DNA of 64,000 bases from Isurus oxyrinchus. Lineage: Eukaryota. The notes below the pieces were generated by a model. That model saw only the letters and a list, made by a program, of their open reading frames with translations. It was not told where the DNA came from and searched no databases. A program made the translations under genes and the position numbers. The stretch is taken from contig JANJGN010000009.1 of assembly GCA_026770705.1 (NCBI GenBank), positions 167,710,001 through 167,774,000 on the forward strand, given 5' to 3'. The first letter of the stretch is position 1; the number at the start of each line of letters is the position of its first letter. Of this stretch, positions 25,741 to 38,558 are shown piece by piece.

Positions 25741-28210
25741 TGAACAAACTAAATTAAAGGCGCTAAACGTGTTTATTTCAAATGGGTTCATGCCTCCTTT
25801 AAAATATTAGATAGACAAAGCCATTGAGCCATTATCAGTATCGAAAGGATCTAGCCTCATGGTTGAAGGTTTTGAAAGATTAAATGTTTGAATTACAAGG
25901 CAGGCTGAACAGCAACAAACAAAGCTTATGGTCATGAGTTCTTAATCAGTATCAGATTGTGACATTTTTATTTTCCAAGAGACTCTCGACACCAGTATTC
26001 CTCCCTTTGGAAAAGAACATTAATGCAAAGTAATTAAAATCAGCAGAACCTTAATCCCCAATGTGCCTTGGTGTTGTCTTGTCAATGCTCTAGAACTGGT
26101 TTGGAGTCTCCAGGAAGTAAAGACTAAATCTCCAAGATTGCTGCAAGCAACCGTGGAGAAAAATCATCATGGCGTTAAAATAAATTGTACATAGTGTTCA
26201 TTTTGTTTACTGCCTCTAATTATTGATTGTAAAAATACAGGCAATGGGAAAACTGGCTGTTTGACTGACAATCAAGAATCATCCAATTGAGTAACATAGT
26301 CTGTTTATGTTACACTTGCTTTGGGAAAGGGGGATCAGCGCGAGGATGGATATTGGGCAACCAATAGGGGAAGTATGGGGACAAGGGATCGTGCGATGAA
26401 ACCTCCAGGATTACCTCCCACCAGAGTTGGCAACCCAACTTGGGGTCCATAACAAGGGCAAGTGCAATTGCTCTACATAGCTCTACTTGTGAATGTTGAA
26501 TGCTGTGCTGGTCAGGCATATGCTGGCTTGTGAATAAACTTTTTCCCAGACGTAGTCAGGATTGGCGATGAAAGGAATGGCTCTATTGATACAACGCTTT
26601 GCGATTTTAAAATATTCAACCTTTCACTGATCACTGTTGACTTGAAAGGCTGACTTACAGTATGCTCCACAATGCTGAAAAGTGCACAAAACACTGTTTT
26701 CTGTAGAGCATACTAAACTCTGCCAGAAGTCATGCTATCAGCACTTGTCACCTTTCTTGGAATTTCGGCTATCAACTGCACTTTGTTGTACTTCTGGTTA
26801 CACAAAGTTCAAGCGTTTGGTATATTTACAGTTAAAGTTAAAATAAACCTGTGTCCTGCTGCCCAGTCAGTGCAAATCTTTGGGTTTGACTTTCGAATCA
26901 GGATTGGGAGCCCAATGCCCAGATAATTTTAAGGTTCTGACTCCACGCTACAACTGCGTTGCTATTTTGCAATGTAAACATCCTAACCGGTCAGGAGGCA
27001 AGTTCAACATCCAATTAGGGGGCACCGAGCATTACCAGGAGGTTGGAGCTGCAAAGGCAGACGGCAGCCATGATGGGGTCTGCTGGTGCCTTGAAGATTG
27101 CATCTCAAAGGGCCAGCAGCCTAAATACACATCAAAGCAACTATACGGCAGTAATACGCATAATTTGGTACAGGATACCACCACCCACCACCCACTCCCA
27201 AGTCCTGAAAAATTTCTGCCATATATATAAAAAAACAAACTTTCACTTCTCCCCACATTGAACCTCACAGCTAACGTGCTCCAGTCTATTCAGGTTTGTC
27301 GATTTCACATTGAAAATTACATTCTTATTCTCTCCCCCCATAAGCCAATTAACAAGCTCAAGGAGTTTTACTGGTCGCTAATTGGAGACAACGTGTTTCC
27401 CTGATCCACCACACACACCCCTGCCCCATTAAAAACTGGAGTGCGTCCTGGAGATTTGGGATCCAACGCCGGCCTCTGGAACACAATTTAGAAATCACAC
27501 CCATGGCTGTTCCCATTCCCATAGGATATGAAAATCCAGCCTCTTGTTTCAAATGTCCAAGCCTTTTACTCAAGGCTGTTCGTTCAAGGCATCGGCTTTA
27601 TGAGGCAGGGGGCAGAGAGATAAGGTCAACTTTTGCTGGTTTTCTACATGGACATTTACACCTCTGATAATCCCTTGTCCCAACACCCTCTCAAGTACAG
27701 AAAGTTTACAGTACAGGAGGCCATTCAGCCCTTCATGCCTGTGCCACTCTCCAGCTCTTGGTCTGTACCTCTGTAGGTTACAGCACTTCAAGTGCATATC
27801 CAAGTTATTTTTAACGTAATAAGGGTTTCTACCCTTGTCAGGCAGCGAGTTCCTCAGCCCCCACCACCCTCTGGCTGCAAAAAAAAATCTCAACTCCCTG
27901 TCCAATGCAACTCAAGAGCAGAAACAGTGAAGCAAGTCTTGAATCTGCAGCCCTCCTTGCTCCCAGGGGCCTAAATGTTAACAGGCACATTGATCTCAGC
28001 AACACCTCCCTCCCCCCACCCCTGACAGCACAGGGAGCAGCTGGTCAGAATATATAATCAGGGCAGAAAGAAATAATTTAAAATAAAACAGATTAAATCT
28101 ACCACATGCATGATCTTGGAATAGATGCAAAATACACTCAAACTGCAAACGGAAATTAAACCTTTAAGAAATGCTGGAGTTCTTCAGTACTGGCACACAA
28201 GAACATTATT

Positions 28211-28259
28211 TGTGTGTGTGTGTGTCTGTGTGTGTGTGTGTGTCTGTGTGTGTGTGTGT
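28211..28259. repeat. (TG)n microsatellite
   Basis: About 24 TG units with two TC interruptions. Confidence 0.95.
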
Positions 28260-28469
28260 TTTGGCGCGGGGGGGTGTAGGGGGAGACAGGAAGTTTGGTC
28301 TATGAAACACAAATTGAACATTTTAAATTGCTTTGGAGCCCTGGGTGGCTGAATGCTGTTGAATTCAGGTCTGGATTACTGGGGTGGGGGTTACAGAGGG
28401 AGTTAATGCCAAAGGCTCCCCCCTTGCACTAGGGGCTCCCCCTCTGGACTGGAGTCTCCTTCTGCCTCT

Positions 28470-28673
28470 TCTCGATCTTCACCTTCCCCCTCTTCCCCCT
28501 CCTCCCCCCCTTACCCCATCTCCTCCACGTCCTCCTCCTTCTTCCGCCCCTCCTCCCTCTTCCCCCTCCTCGATCTTCCCCCTCCCTCTCTTCCCCCTCC
28601 TCCCCCCCCCTTCCCCCATCTCCTCCCGCTCCTCCTCCCTCTTCCCCTCCTCGATCTTCACCCTCCCCCTCTT
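28470..28673. repeat. Polypyrimidine (CT-rich) tract running into the gap
   Basis: Nearly pure C/T with repeated cctcgatcttc units. Confidence 0.9.
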
Positions 28674-28773
28674 NNNNNNNNNNNNNNNNNNNNNNNNNNN
28701 NNNNNNNNNNNNNNNNNNNNNNNNNNNNNNNNNNNNNNNNNNNNNNNNNNNNNNNNNNNNNNNNNNNNNNNNN
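28674..28773. other. Assembly gap (100 N, true size probably unknown)
   Basis: Run of exactly 100 N. Confidence 0.99.
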
Positions 28774-31034
28774 TGATGGTAAACAGTTAAAAGAGTAGTG
28801 GTGTAGAAAGCTCAGTAAAATGATCTTTGCTATTTTCACAACAGCCCTTTTAAAAACACAAAAATAAGAAAGAGGGTTCAAACCTATTTGCTTCAACAAT
28901 GGTCCAAGGTGCAAACCAGCTTTTGCCCCATCAAAGACAGATTTTTCTAATATCATAAAGGAAGTGATTTTCAAATACCTTTCTACCAATTCTCAAAAGT
29001 AATGGTGCAAAAGTACAAAATATCTATTTATCTTCCCCCTCCATTTCGGACCCATGATTGACTTTTTTTCAAAGTAACATTTACCTGACTCAGCAGAAGA
29101 GTAAAACTCTTATACACTGATTATTCACTATCAAGGTTTTCTGTTCCAACCTTCAATCCCATTCTTGACCTGAAATATATACAGTTTTTTATTAAAAGTA
29201 TATATAATGTTCATTTCTCCATGGAAGCTACTCTTGATTTATATTATTCTATGGGAAAAATATTATTTCGTGTAGGAAGGACGTGCAATACACCAAAAGC
29301 AGATGGTAATTTTCTACCTTGGAAAAGTGCTGAAGGAAATAAAATCCGTGATACATAGCAAAATTAGGGGCATCACTTTGAATGAAACAAGCCCCCTAGG
29401 CTTTGCTTCATTGACAATGAACAGTGACTTCCTTCCTAAAAAGTAGCCTTGCGCAAGGATGCATAAGTCAGTGTAGTCTGGACCAACCTAAAGGATGGCA
29501 CCAAATCAGAAATTATTAGAAATGAAGACATCAGCTGAGGTAAGATATCTAATAAGCAGCTTTTTGTCAAACAGACGCATAAAATAAGCATGGATCCCCT
29601 ACATTGTTAGAATTCAACTGTTGCTCCATACAAAGGACTCAGACTACCTAACTGTTGGAACTTTACCATATCTGCCATGAAGTAGAAGAGTACCAATTCC
29701 AGTTGCAATTTATCTCAAACTCTTGGCATGTTGACATCTTAACAAAATCTAGTTGCACAGTACTTATTCATGTCCACACATCTTCACAGACACACAAAAT
29801 GGTGCTGTATCAGGGGCATAACGCCACAATATGTTCCCCACACCTCCAAAATCTCAACATCGTTTCTCTGCTTACAGGACAAGGTGGCACAATACAGATT
29901 GGAGCAGACTGGAACCAGCTGCCATTTATCCCTTGGGCTGTTTGCCCTGGTGAATGAATAATCAGTGACTGGTCTGATGCAACTGTGCACCACAAATTGA
30001 TTGATGCTGTAGTTATCCCCCTGTGCTAGTCAAAAGGAGCAGGATGCATAGAAGTCGGAGGTGGTTGTGACCTTGAGAGCCGCTGGCAGTGCTGCTCCTG
30101 TTTCAGAGTTTTCAGCAGATTAGCTGAATAGATGATATAACTCTGTTATGGCTGCCATAGTAAACCTAGCTTGACATGTCAAACTTTTGCTGAAAATCTC
30201 TGCTCCTGAGTTTTGTGGAGATTCAAGAAGAAAGGACTATCAGGAAGATTCATGAACCACCTGCTATTATCCACAGATCCATATTTATTGACCCAAATGG
30301 GAGGAAGTTGCAGCCATTTTACACCACCTGGTTGCAGTAATGAATTGGCAACTTTTAAGAAGAAAATACTTACTGAGAAACCCAGGATTTTCCTGACCTT
30401 CAGCAGACATGTTACTAAGCAATTGTTATTGAATCATAGAATCATATAGCACAGAAGGAACCTATCTGGCCTAGTATACATGTGCCGGCTCTTTGGAAGA
30501 GTTATCCAATCAGTGCCACTACCCTGCTCTTTCCTCTTGGCCCTGCTAATTTTCCCCTTCAAGTACTTTACTTACATGGAATTATATTGAATTATCTAAT
30601 TCCTTTTTCAAAGTTACTGTTGAATCTGCTTCCACCACCCTTTCTGGCAGCGTGTTTCAGATCATTAATCACCACATAAAAATATTCTCCTCATCTCCCA
30701 CCTGGATTTGAAAGAAGTGTAAGCATTTTGAAATTGGCACCCTTGGGTCTGATGGCTCATGTGAGCTTGCAGATGGTGGTGGGAGAGTGAGCCTTTGTGC
30801 AGGCCTGTCTGGTTTTGGATGAGTTGAAGCTTATGGAGGATCAAGGCTGGGCCTCTTGCTCTGGGCCCATTAGAAGAATAGAGAGTTGAGGTTATGGGCA
30901 TGGACTAAGGTTGTGGATATAGGAAATTGACAAAATAACCAGAGGGACTTTATTTTATGCAACAACAACTACAGCAACTTGTGTTCATATAGCACCTTTA
31001 AAGGTATAAAAAAAATCCCAGAATGCTTGACAGG

Positions 31035-31470
31035 AGTACTATGAAAGATTCACAAGAATGGTTCCAGGGATGAGGAACTTCAGATATGAAGATAGATTGG
31101 AGAAGGTGGACTGTTTTCCTTGGAGGGAAGACTGCTGAGAGATTTGATAGAGGTGTTCAAAATCAAGTGACGCCTGGGCAGAGTAGATATGGAGATAGTG
31201 TTCCCACTCCTGAAAGGGCTGAGAACAAGAGGGCACAGTTTAAAGTAGTTAGTGAAAGCGACTTGAGGAAAAACTTTTTCATGCAGCGAGTGGTTAGGGT
31301 CTGGAATACAGTGCCTGAGAGTGTGGTGGAGGTAGGTTCAATCGAGGCATTCACTGTTATATGAAAAGGAACAATGTGCAGTGTTATGGGGGTAAGGCAG
31401 GGGGAGTGGCAATAGGTGAATGGCTCATATAGAGACCAGGTGCAGACATGAACTGTATCAATTCTGTGAA
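31035..31470 (+). mobile_element. CR1 LINE 3' fragment inserted in a minus-strand L2 tail (30960-31035, 31470-31720)
   Basis: RFTRMVPGMRNFRYEDRLEK...LRKNFFMQRVVRVWN; flanks resemble the L2 copy at 25170-25740. Confidence 0.8.
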
Positions 31471-32019
31471 AACGAAGTATGGCACTGAGCCACAGAAGGC
31501 AATATTAGGGCAGGTGACCAAAATCTTGGTCAAAGGGTGGGTTCTAAGGAGAGTTTAGAAAGGGGAAAGCAAGGTAGAGACGTGGGGAAGTGTAGGGAGG
31601 GCATTCTAGAGCTTAGGCCCTTGGCAATTGGAGGCACGGCCACCAGTGGTGAAGTGATTAAAATCAGGGATGCTCAAGAGGTCAGAATGAGAGGGGCGCA
31701 GGCCGTGGGGCTGGAGGAAAGTTATGATCTGCCTGAAAAGCTGGTGGAATCCAGTTCGATAACCCCGGATGAGTATTTGAAGGGGGAAAAGTTTGTAGGG
31801 TTAGGATGTGGGGGTGGGTGGGGTGGGTGGGGTGGGTCGTTGTGAGACTAATTGGATGAGTTCGGAAGAGCCAGCAGAGGCGCGATGGGCTGAACGGCCT
31901 CTTTCTTGGGGGCAGTGTGGAATCTATGATTCCAAGAGACAACAGGAGGTTGAAAACAAAAATAAACACAAACAGGAGGCCTGGGTGGACCAGTGGATAG
32001 AAAGGCAGCAGGAGAAGGG

Positions 32020-32273
32020 AGGGTCAATTTGCATGAAATTGACTATGCTAATGAGTGGAACGCGGTGTGTTGCAGGGGAAAAATGGTTACATGCCGCGCA
32101 GGCGCAGTGGGCGGGTGTCCGGGCCACGTGGGCTGGCCGGGAGTGTGGCTGTTTAATCGCGTCCGGGGGGGGGGTTCCCTGGAATCGGGAAGCGGGAATC
32201 GGGGGGGGGAGGGAGTGGGGAGGAGGGGGAGCAGCTTTTTTTTTAAAGGGTCGGTGGTGAGTTTCGGCGGGAA
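32020..32273 (+). promoter_or_regulatory. BYSL CpG-island promoter / 5' UTR
   Basis: CpG-rich in a CpG-poor background. Contains octamer ATTTGCAT (32027-32034), ATGCTAAT (32045-32052), NRF1-like GCGCAGGCGCA (32096-32106), GC box GGGCGG (32109-32114) and E-box CACGTG (32125-32130). Confidence 0.75.
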
Positions 32274-32549
32274 ATGCCGAAGGTTAAAGCGACTAGAAGT
32301 GGCCCGGAGCCCCGGAACCTGGCCTTGGCCGATCGATCCTGCAGGGAGCCGCCGTGAAAGCCGTCAGCCGCATCAAGAAGCGGGGCCGGGGCCGCGGGCA
32401 GGGGCAGGAGGCCGAGGAGGATGAGTACGTCGATGAGAAGCTGTCCCGCCGGATCCTGGAGCAGGCCAGGATTCAGCAGAGGAGCTGGAGGCAGAGCACG
32501 GGGTCGGCAAGAGGAAGGGAGGCGAGAGAGGCCCAAACCACGGTCCTGG
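32274..32549 (+). CDS. BYSL: Bystin exon 1 (three apparent frameshifts as assembled)
   Basis: ATG at 32274. Reads MPKVKATRSGPEPRNLALAD / ILQGAAVKAVSRIKKRGRG...EEDEYVDEKLSRRILEQARIQQ / ELEAEHGVG / EAQTTVL(G), matching the bystin N-terminus across shifted frames. Donor G|gtaggt at 32549/32550. Confidence 0.9.
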
Positions 32550-32695
32550 GTAGGTCTGAAATGGAAACACAGAGAGAGAGAGAGAGAACCATCCCCCCCA
32601 CCCCCCACCCCCCACCCCCCACCAGCAGCAGCAGCGCCTGTGGAGAGGAGAATCTGCCTCCCGAGTCCTTTGGAATTGGGTCTGACTGCACCAGA

Positions 32696-33397
32696 NNNNN
32701 NNNNNNNNNNNNNNNNNNNNNNNNNNNNNNNNNNNNNNNNNNNNNNNNNNNNNNNNNNNNNNNNNNNNNNNNNNNNNNNNNNNNNNNNNNNNNNNNNNNN
32801 NNNNNNNNNNNNNNNNNNNNNNNNNNNNNNNNNNNNNNNNNNNNNNNNNNNNNNNNNNNNNNNNNNNNNNNNNNNNNNNNNNNNNNNNNNNNNNNNNNNN
32901 NNNNNNNNNNNNNNNNNNNNNNNNNNNNNNNNNNNNNNNNNNNNNNNNNNNNNNNNNNNNNNNNNNNNNNNNNNNNNNNNNNNNNNNNNNNNNNNNNNNN
33001 NNNNNNNNNNNNNNNNNNNNNNNNNNNNNNNNNNNNNNNNNNNNNNNNNNNNNNNNNNNNNNNNNNNNNNNNNNNNNNNNNNNNNNNNNNNNNNNNNNNN
33101 NNNNNNNNNNNNNNNNNNNNNNNNNNNNNNNNNNNNNNNNNNNNNNNNNNNNNNNNNNNNNNNNNNNNNNNNNNNNNNGAGGGGAGAGAGGGATGGGGAG
33201 NNNNNNNNNNNNNNNNNNNNNNNNNNNNNNNNNNNNNNNNNNNNNNNNNNNNNNNNNNNNNNNNNNNNNNNNNNNNNNNNNNNNNNNNNNNNNNNNNNNN
33301 NNNNNNNNNNNNNNNNNNNNNNNNNNNNNNNNNNNNNNNNNNNNNNNNNNNNNNNNNNNNNNNNNNNNNNNNNNNNNNNNNNNNNNNNNNNNNNNNN
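32696..33397. other. Assembly gaps (32696-33178 and 33201-33397) in BYSL intron 1, flanked by GA-rich sequence
   Basis: N runs; adjacent purine-rich tract extends to ~33470. Confidence 0.99.
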
Positions 33398-33899
33398 GGG
33401 AGAGAGAGAGGGGGAGGGGAGGGGGCGGAGGGAGGGAGAGGGAGAGGGGGGGGAAGGGGAGGGGGGGAGAGATGCTACAGACACTGTCACAGGATTTGTC
33501 TTAAACCTGCATCACCCCAGCCTCTCCAAGGTGGATGTAAAATTAGTTTCTTTTGATCAGAACTCCCCCCCCCCCACCTCAAAAAAGAAACATTTTGAAC
33601 TTTGAAGGAGTTGGAATTCTAACCAGGTTAGGGAGAGGCTAGTTACGCACAGGAGGGAGAAAGAAAGCTGGAGATGTTAGATGAAGTAAGGTGAGAAGAA
33701 AACGGTGCGGAGGCATAAACAGCAGCATAGACCAGTCGGGCTGAATGGCCAGCTGTAGATCCTGCGGGGTGTTCAGTGGGAACCATTATCCTGTTTCTTT
33801 ACAGAAACTGACAAAACTACCATCTATTGACAATCTTTTCTATGTGTTGGAGCAAGCAATTGTATGACCACGGCTGACAAATATAAACCACACTTTTTG

Positions 33900-34440
33900 T
33901 GTTTTCATACAATTGTACAGCACAGAAGGTGACCATTTGTCCTATTGAGTCTGCGCTGGATCTTTCAATGAACGATCCAGTTAGCCCCACTCCCTCGCTC
34001 TTTCCCTTATATGGCTGGATAACTGTTCATCCAATTCTCTTTTGATCGTTATTATTGAATCTGTATCCATCACCCTATTAGACAGTGCATTCCAAATCCT
34101 AACCACTCATGTTTTTTTTAAAAAAATGTTTTTCCTCCTGTTGCCCTGGACTCTTTAGTGAATCACCTTAATTCTGTGCCCTCTGGTTATCGATTGGGAA
34201 CAGATTCTGTTTGTATACTCGTCTAAGCTCTTGACTTTTAGACACCCTCCCTCGAATCTCTCTTAACCTCTGCTCTAAGGAAAACAACCGAAGATTCTCC
34301 AGCCCATTCATGTAACTAATTCCTCATCCCTGGAACCATTCTAGTGAATCCCCCCCCCCGCCTTCCACCCTCTCCAAAGCCTTCAAATTCCCTCCCAAAA
34401 TGTGGTGCACAGAAACTCGAACAATCCTTCAGCAGAAGTA
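33900..34440 (-). mobile_element. CR1 LINE 3' fragment
   Basis: Reverse-complement CR1 3' UTR and coding end. Confidence 0.75.
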
Positions 34441-36259
34441 GGTCGTCCTCTCTTCAAAAACATTCCAAGTTGTCCCAAGTAATTGGACTTAGAACCATAG
34501 ATCACTACAGCACAGAAAACAGGCCATTCGGCCCTTCTAGTCTGTGCCGAAATATTATTCCGCTAATCCCACTGACCTGCACCTAGTCTATAACCCTCCA
34601 GACCTCTCCCACTTGTAAAACAAGAGGCTGCGTTACGCTCTGAATGTTGAAACATTGGGACTTTATTGGACCAGTTTTTCTGCTAACGGACACTTGGATC
34701 CTTCAGAATATTTAAATGATTTTCTAGTATTAGTAAAATCAGAAAAAGGTACAAAAGTGTAGTTAGTCATTCAGAAACCAAGGGGGGGGAGGGGACTGTT
34801 AAGGTTTTGGATTGGGACTGTCATGTGATTTTTTTTTTCATTTGTTGTACCAGTATGTTGTACAACTGACTGAGGTGAATTGCTTCAGTGCACAGTTTGT
34901 TCAAACCTCCTGTCAAACTTGCGGGACTTTTAGAAAAAAATTCATTCACGGCATGTGGGCGCCACTGGCTAGACCTGCGTTTATTGCCCATCCCTAATTG
35001 CCCTTGAGAAGGTGGGTGGTGAGCTGCCTTCTGGAACTGCTGCAGACCATGTGGTGTAGCTCCATTGACAGTGCTGGTCAGGAGGAAGTTCCAGGATTTT
35101 GACCCAGCGACAGTGAAGGGACGGCGATATATTTCCAGGCAGGATGGTGGTGGCTTGGGTGGGAACCTCTAGGTGGCAGTGTTCCCATGCATTGATCATT
35201 TCTCTCCCCGCCCCCACCAGGAATTTGTAAAAAGTTACATTTTAAATTGTGGGGCTTTACAGCAAAACATATTCACAAAGTATTAAGACAAAAGGTTGAT
35301 TAAAATGTTAATGAATGACACTGGTTCCACAAAATACTGAAAGCAAGCAATCTGTTATCTTCCCATGGTATTGGTTGTGAGATGTTTATCAATGTGTAGG
35401 AAGGTTCCTGGTCCTAGATCCTGCCCTCCAGCTGTCAAACAGTGATATAAAAACATGGACCAAACCCGGGGTGCAATCAAAAAGGTTACTAGAGTACTCC
35501 AGATTGTGAAGGTAGAGCAAGAGAGTTGTTAAGTGTTATTTTTCAAATTGGGCCAGAGATGGGGAAGTGCAATGTGCTCATTATTCTTTGAAATCACGTT
35601 GATTGTATAAAGTCACTCCGGCCTTAACTGCTATTCTGAATGTTCACCTTGCTGTTTATGAAATCAAATAGCTTAACAATTTACACCTGGTCTCATCTTG
35701 GCCAGACTTTGAAGTGGTCTGAGGTACATGTGTGCACATGAGGAAGTAGTTCAGGTCACAAGGGGGTCTTGTTGTGACATCACCTTCAGTTGGTTTGAAA
35801 CTGGGTGATTGGGGGGGAAAACTCCGAAAGGTAGGACTGCTGATGGGAGTGATCAGTCCTGCTGTACCCTAGAGAATATCCATGACACTGCATATTTGTG
35901 ACTCTTTTAGAGGAAACTCAAAGCAGCATGCAAAATTACAGAGTACGTTGGTTTGGTACACCTCAAAATGACACCTTGTAGATGACTTTACATGGTGGGA
36001 TGCACGTACACAATGATTGTCTATGGTTTGTCAGAATTTAAGGCCTGTGGAATTGTACCCCAACGTTAATTGAACTTTTAGGAGAATGGGAAGGGAAATC
36101 TATAATCATTTCATTAATTAAAGTGAAAATGGTAAGATTTAATCATGTATGGGCATATTTCCTTATATTTTAATGTTTTTAAATAACTATATTTTCTTGA
36201 TTTCACATTGGTCTCCTGGTAGTCTGAAACAGGGCACATGGAAGCTGGTGAAAGAAGTG

Positions 36260-36805
36260 GAGTACTGTGCTCAGTACTGGTCACCTTATTTAAGGAATGA
36301 TGTAAATGTGTTGGAAGCAGTTCAGAGAAAATTTATCAGACTTACACCTGGAATGGGTGGGCTGTCTTATGAGGAAAGGTTGGACAGGCCAGGCTTGTAT
36401 CTGCTGGAGTTTAGAAGAGTAAGAGATGGACTTGATTGAAATATATAAGATCTTGAGGGGTCTTGACAGGGTGGATGTGGAGGGGATGTTTCCTGTTGTG
36501 GGAGAATCTAGAACTAGGGGTCACTGTTTAAAAATAAGGGGTCACCCACTTAAAACGAAGATGAGGTGAAATTTTTTCACTCAGGGTCATGAGTCTTTGG
36601 AACTCTCTTCCTGAAAAGATGGTGAATATTTTTAAGGCAGAGGTGAATAGATTCTTGTTAAGCAAAGGGATGATAGGTTATTGAGGGGAGGCGGGATTTG
36701 AGCAGATTTGAGCTTACTATCAGATCAGCCATGATCTTATTAACTGGCGGAGCAGGCTCGAGGGGCTGAATGGCCTACTCCTGCTCCTTGTTCGTATGTT
36801 CGTAA
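36260..36805 (+). mobile_element. CR1 LINE 3' fragment
   Basis: EYCAQYWSPYLRNDVNVLEAVQRKFIRL.PGMGGLSYEERLD plus 3' UTR with (ttcgtatg)2 tail. Confidence 0.9.
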
Positions 36806-37218
36806 ATATACAGGAGATCTCTTAGCATCTGAAAAGGCTGGTAAATGGTAACCCTTTCCTTTTGAGGTGGTGATGCAACGTGTTCTGTTTTATTTCAGAG
36901 AGTTGCAGGGCCCTGAGCCCATTTTATTTACCATTCCTAAGCATGGGTCGTAATGTTGGTGGCGAATGCACTTGAGGTTCCTATTTTACCTGCTATTCCT
37001 AAAGATGCAGGGCTGGGCATGAGTAAAAACAATGCCTCGAAATTTGTAACATTCGTTTAGCCAGTGTTAGGTAATCTTGGAAAAACAACAAGACCCAATT
37101 GCATCAGCTGCTAAACTATTTTCAGTCCTTGGCAGCAATATTGCTAAAAACCCTTCTTGTAGGAAAGTCAAAGACCAGTACAGTACGGTTTGCAGTACAG
37201 AATTTAACAATCTAGGGG

Positions 37219-37561
37219 CCGTTAAATTTCTGTTATCCGGCACTCAGTCAACTGGAATTCTCTATTAACCGGAATTCTGGGGTCGGGTTTGTTTCTTGAT
37301 CGGAGATGTCAAACTCTCTGGTAATAGTTATGGGTAGCCTGTCTTTGCTCTGGTCTCAGTTTCCCGCTGCTCTGCAGCACCATCTCCCCTCGTGCCGCTC
37401 ACTTGATCTGCGCCCTCCCGCACTTTCTCGCGAGACCCCAGCACCTGCGTCATCGTTCTGGATCTTTCCCGTTGGAAGGAAAAAAAAACAGAACTCGCCT
37501 TGCATCTCGTTAACTGGCGCCTCCCACTCCCAGAGCACGCCGGATAACCGGGGTTTTCCTG
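37219..37561. mobile_element. pogo/Tigger-like MITE (degenerate 5' TIR)
   Basis: 5' ccgttaaatttctGTTATCCGGCac versus 3' GCCGGATAACcggggttttcctg|TA. Confidence 0.6.
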
Positions 37562-38392
37562 TAGGTAGATGGGAAGAAACGGTTTCCATCGGCGGAACGT
37601 TGAAGAACCAGTTTACGGTGATTGGCGAAAGATTGAACGGTGATACGAGGAGAAACCCTTTTCTCAGTGGCTGGCTAAGAGCTGGAATGCACTGCCTTAG
37701 ATGGTGGTGAAGGTGGAGGCAGATTCAATCGAGGCTTTCAAGAGGGAATTGGATAAGCCCCAAGGAGTGAACTTGCAGGGCTGCGGCGAGAGGACAGGGG
37801 AGAGGGATTTGCTGAGTCTCTCCTGAGGAGAGCTGGCACAGCTCAACTACTGAATGGCCTCCCCTTGCATTGTAAGCATTAGAATGATTCCGTCTACGTT
37901 TATATGTTCAATGTCATCCAGAGTTGCAAGTCTGGAACTGTTGAATGTACGCTGAAGGAGGAACACCACCTTAAGGCAAGACTTCAACAGAAAGGCTGAA
38001 GGATTGTGCACATAGAAAGATCTGCTTGCCATATTTAATAGAGTCACCACAAGAAAACACTTATAGATACTGCACTGCAGGGGCTCAGCAGCTCTATTCA
38101 ATATGGCAAGTTCACATCTTGGCTGATGACACTTCCCCCTCTGCGTTGCCTTCTCAATTGCTGCTTTATATTTGGAAATAAGTAATCCTTGGACGCCCAC
38201 AGAAGTTTGGTTAAGGAGCCATGAAAGAGGTCACTGGCTGACCTCTTTCGAAAGGTCAGAGGAAGCTAAACCAAGAGGGTGAGAACAAAAAGTGACCATT
38301 TAAAGTAGGAAAAAAGTAATTGGATGAATACTTTTGAAGAGGTGCCCTGTGGCAGAGTGTTTGTGGCTATTCAACGTGTTTTGATATTGTAG

Positions 38393-38558
38393 GCACAAGT
38401 TCAAAAGGTCAAGGTCCTGACTCTGACTCAGATGATGAGTGGCCGACACTGGACAGAGCTGCAGCAATCGCAAAGGAAGGGTATTGTGAGGAGGTCGTCG
38501 TGAACCCTGAGGATGAAAAGGCAATTGATATGTTCATGAGCAAAAATCCGCCACTGAG
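38393..38558 (+). CDS. BYSL: Bystin exon 2 (166 nt)
   Basis: Translates to (G)TSSKGQGPDSDSDDEWPTLDRAAAIAKEGYCEEVVVNPEDEKAIDMFMSKNPPL(R). Acceptor ttgtag|GC, donor AG|gtaatg. Confidence 0.95.

Noticed and set aside
27480-27505. Minus-strand ATG GGT GTG ATT as possible MED20 exon 1
   Set aside because: Encodes MGVISK with no GT donor after 14 nt, and is not in a CpG island.
32243-33605. ~400-aa ORFs in the ORF track
   Set aside because: Artefacts of N runs; only the BYSL exon 1 portion is real.
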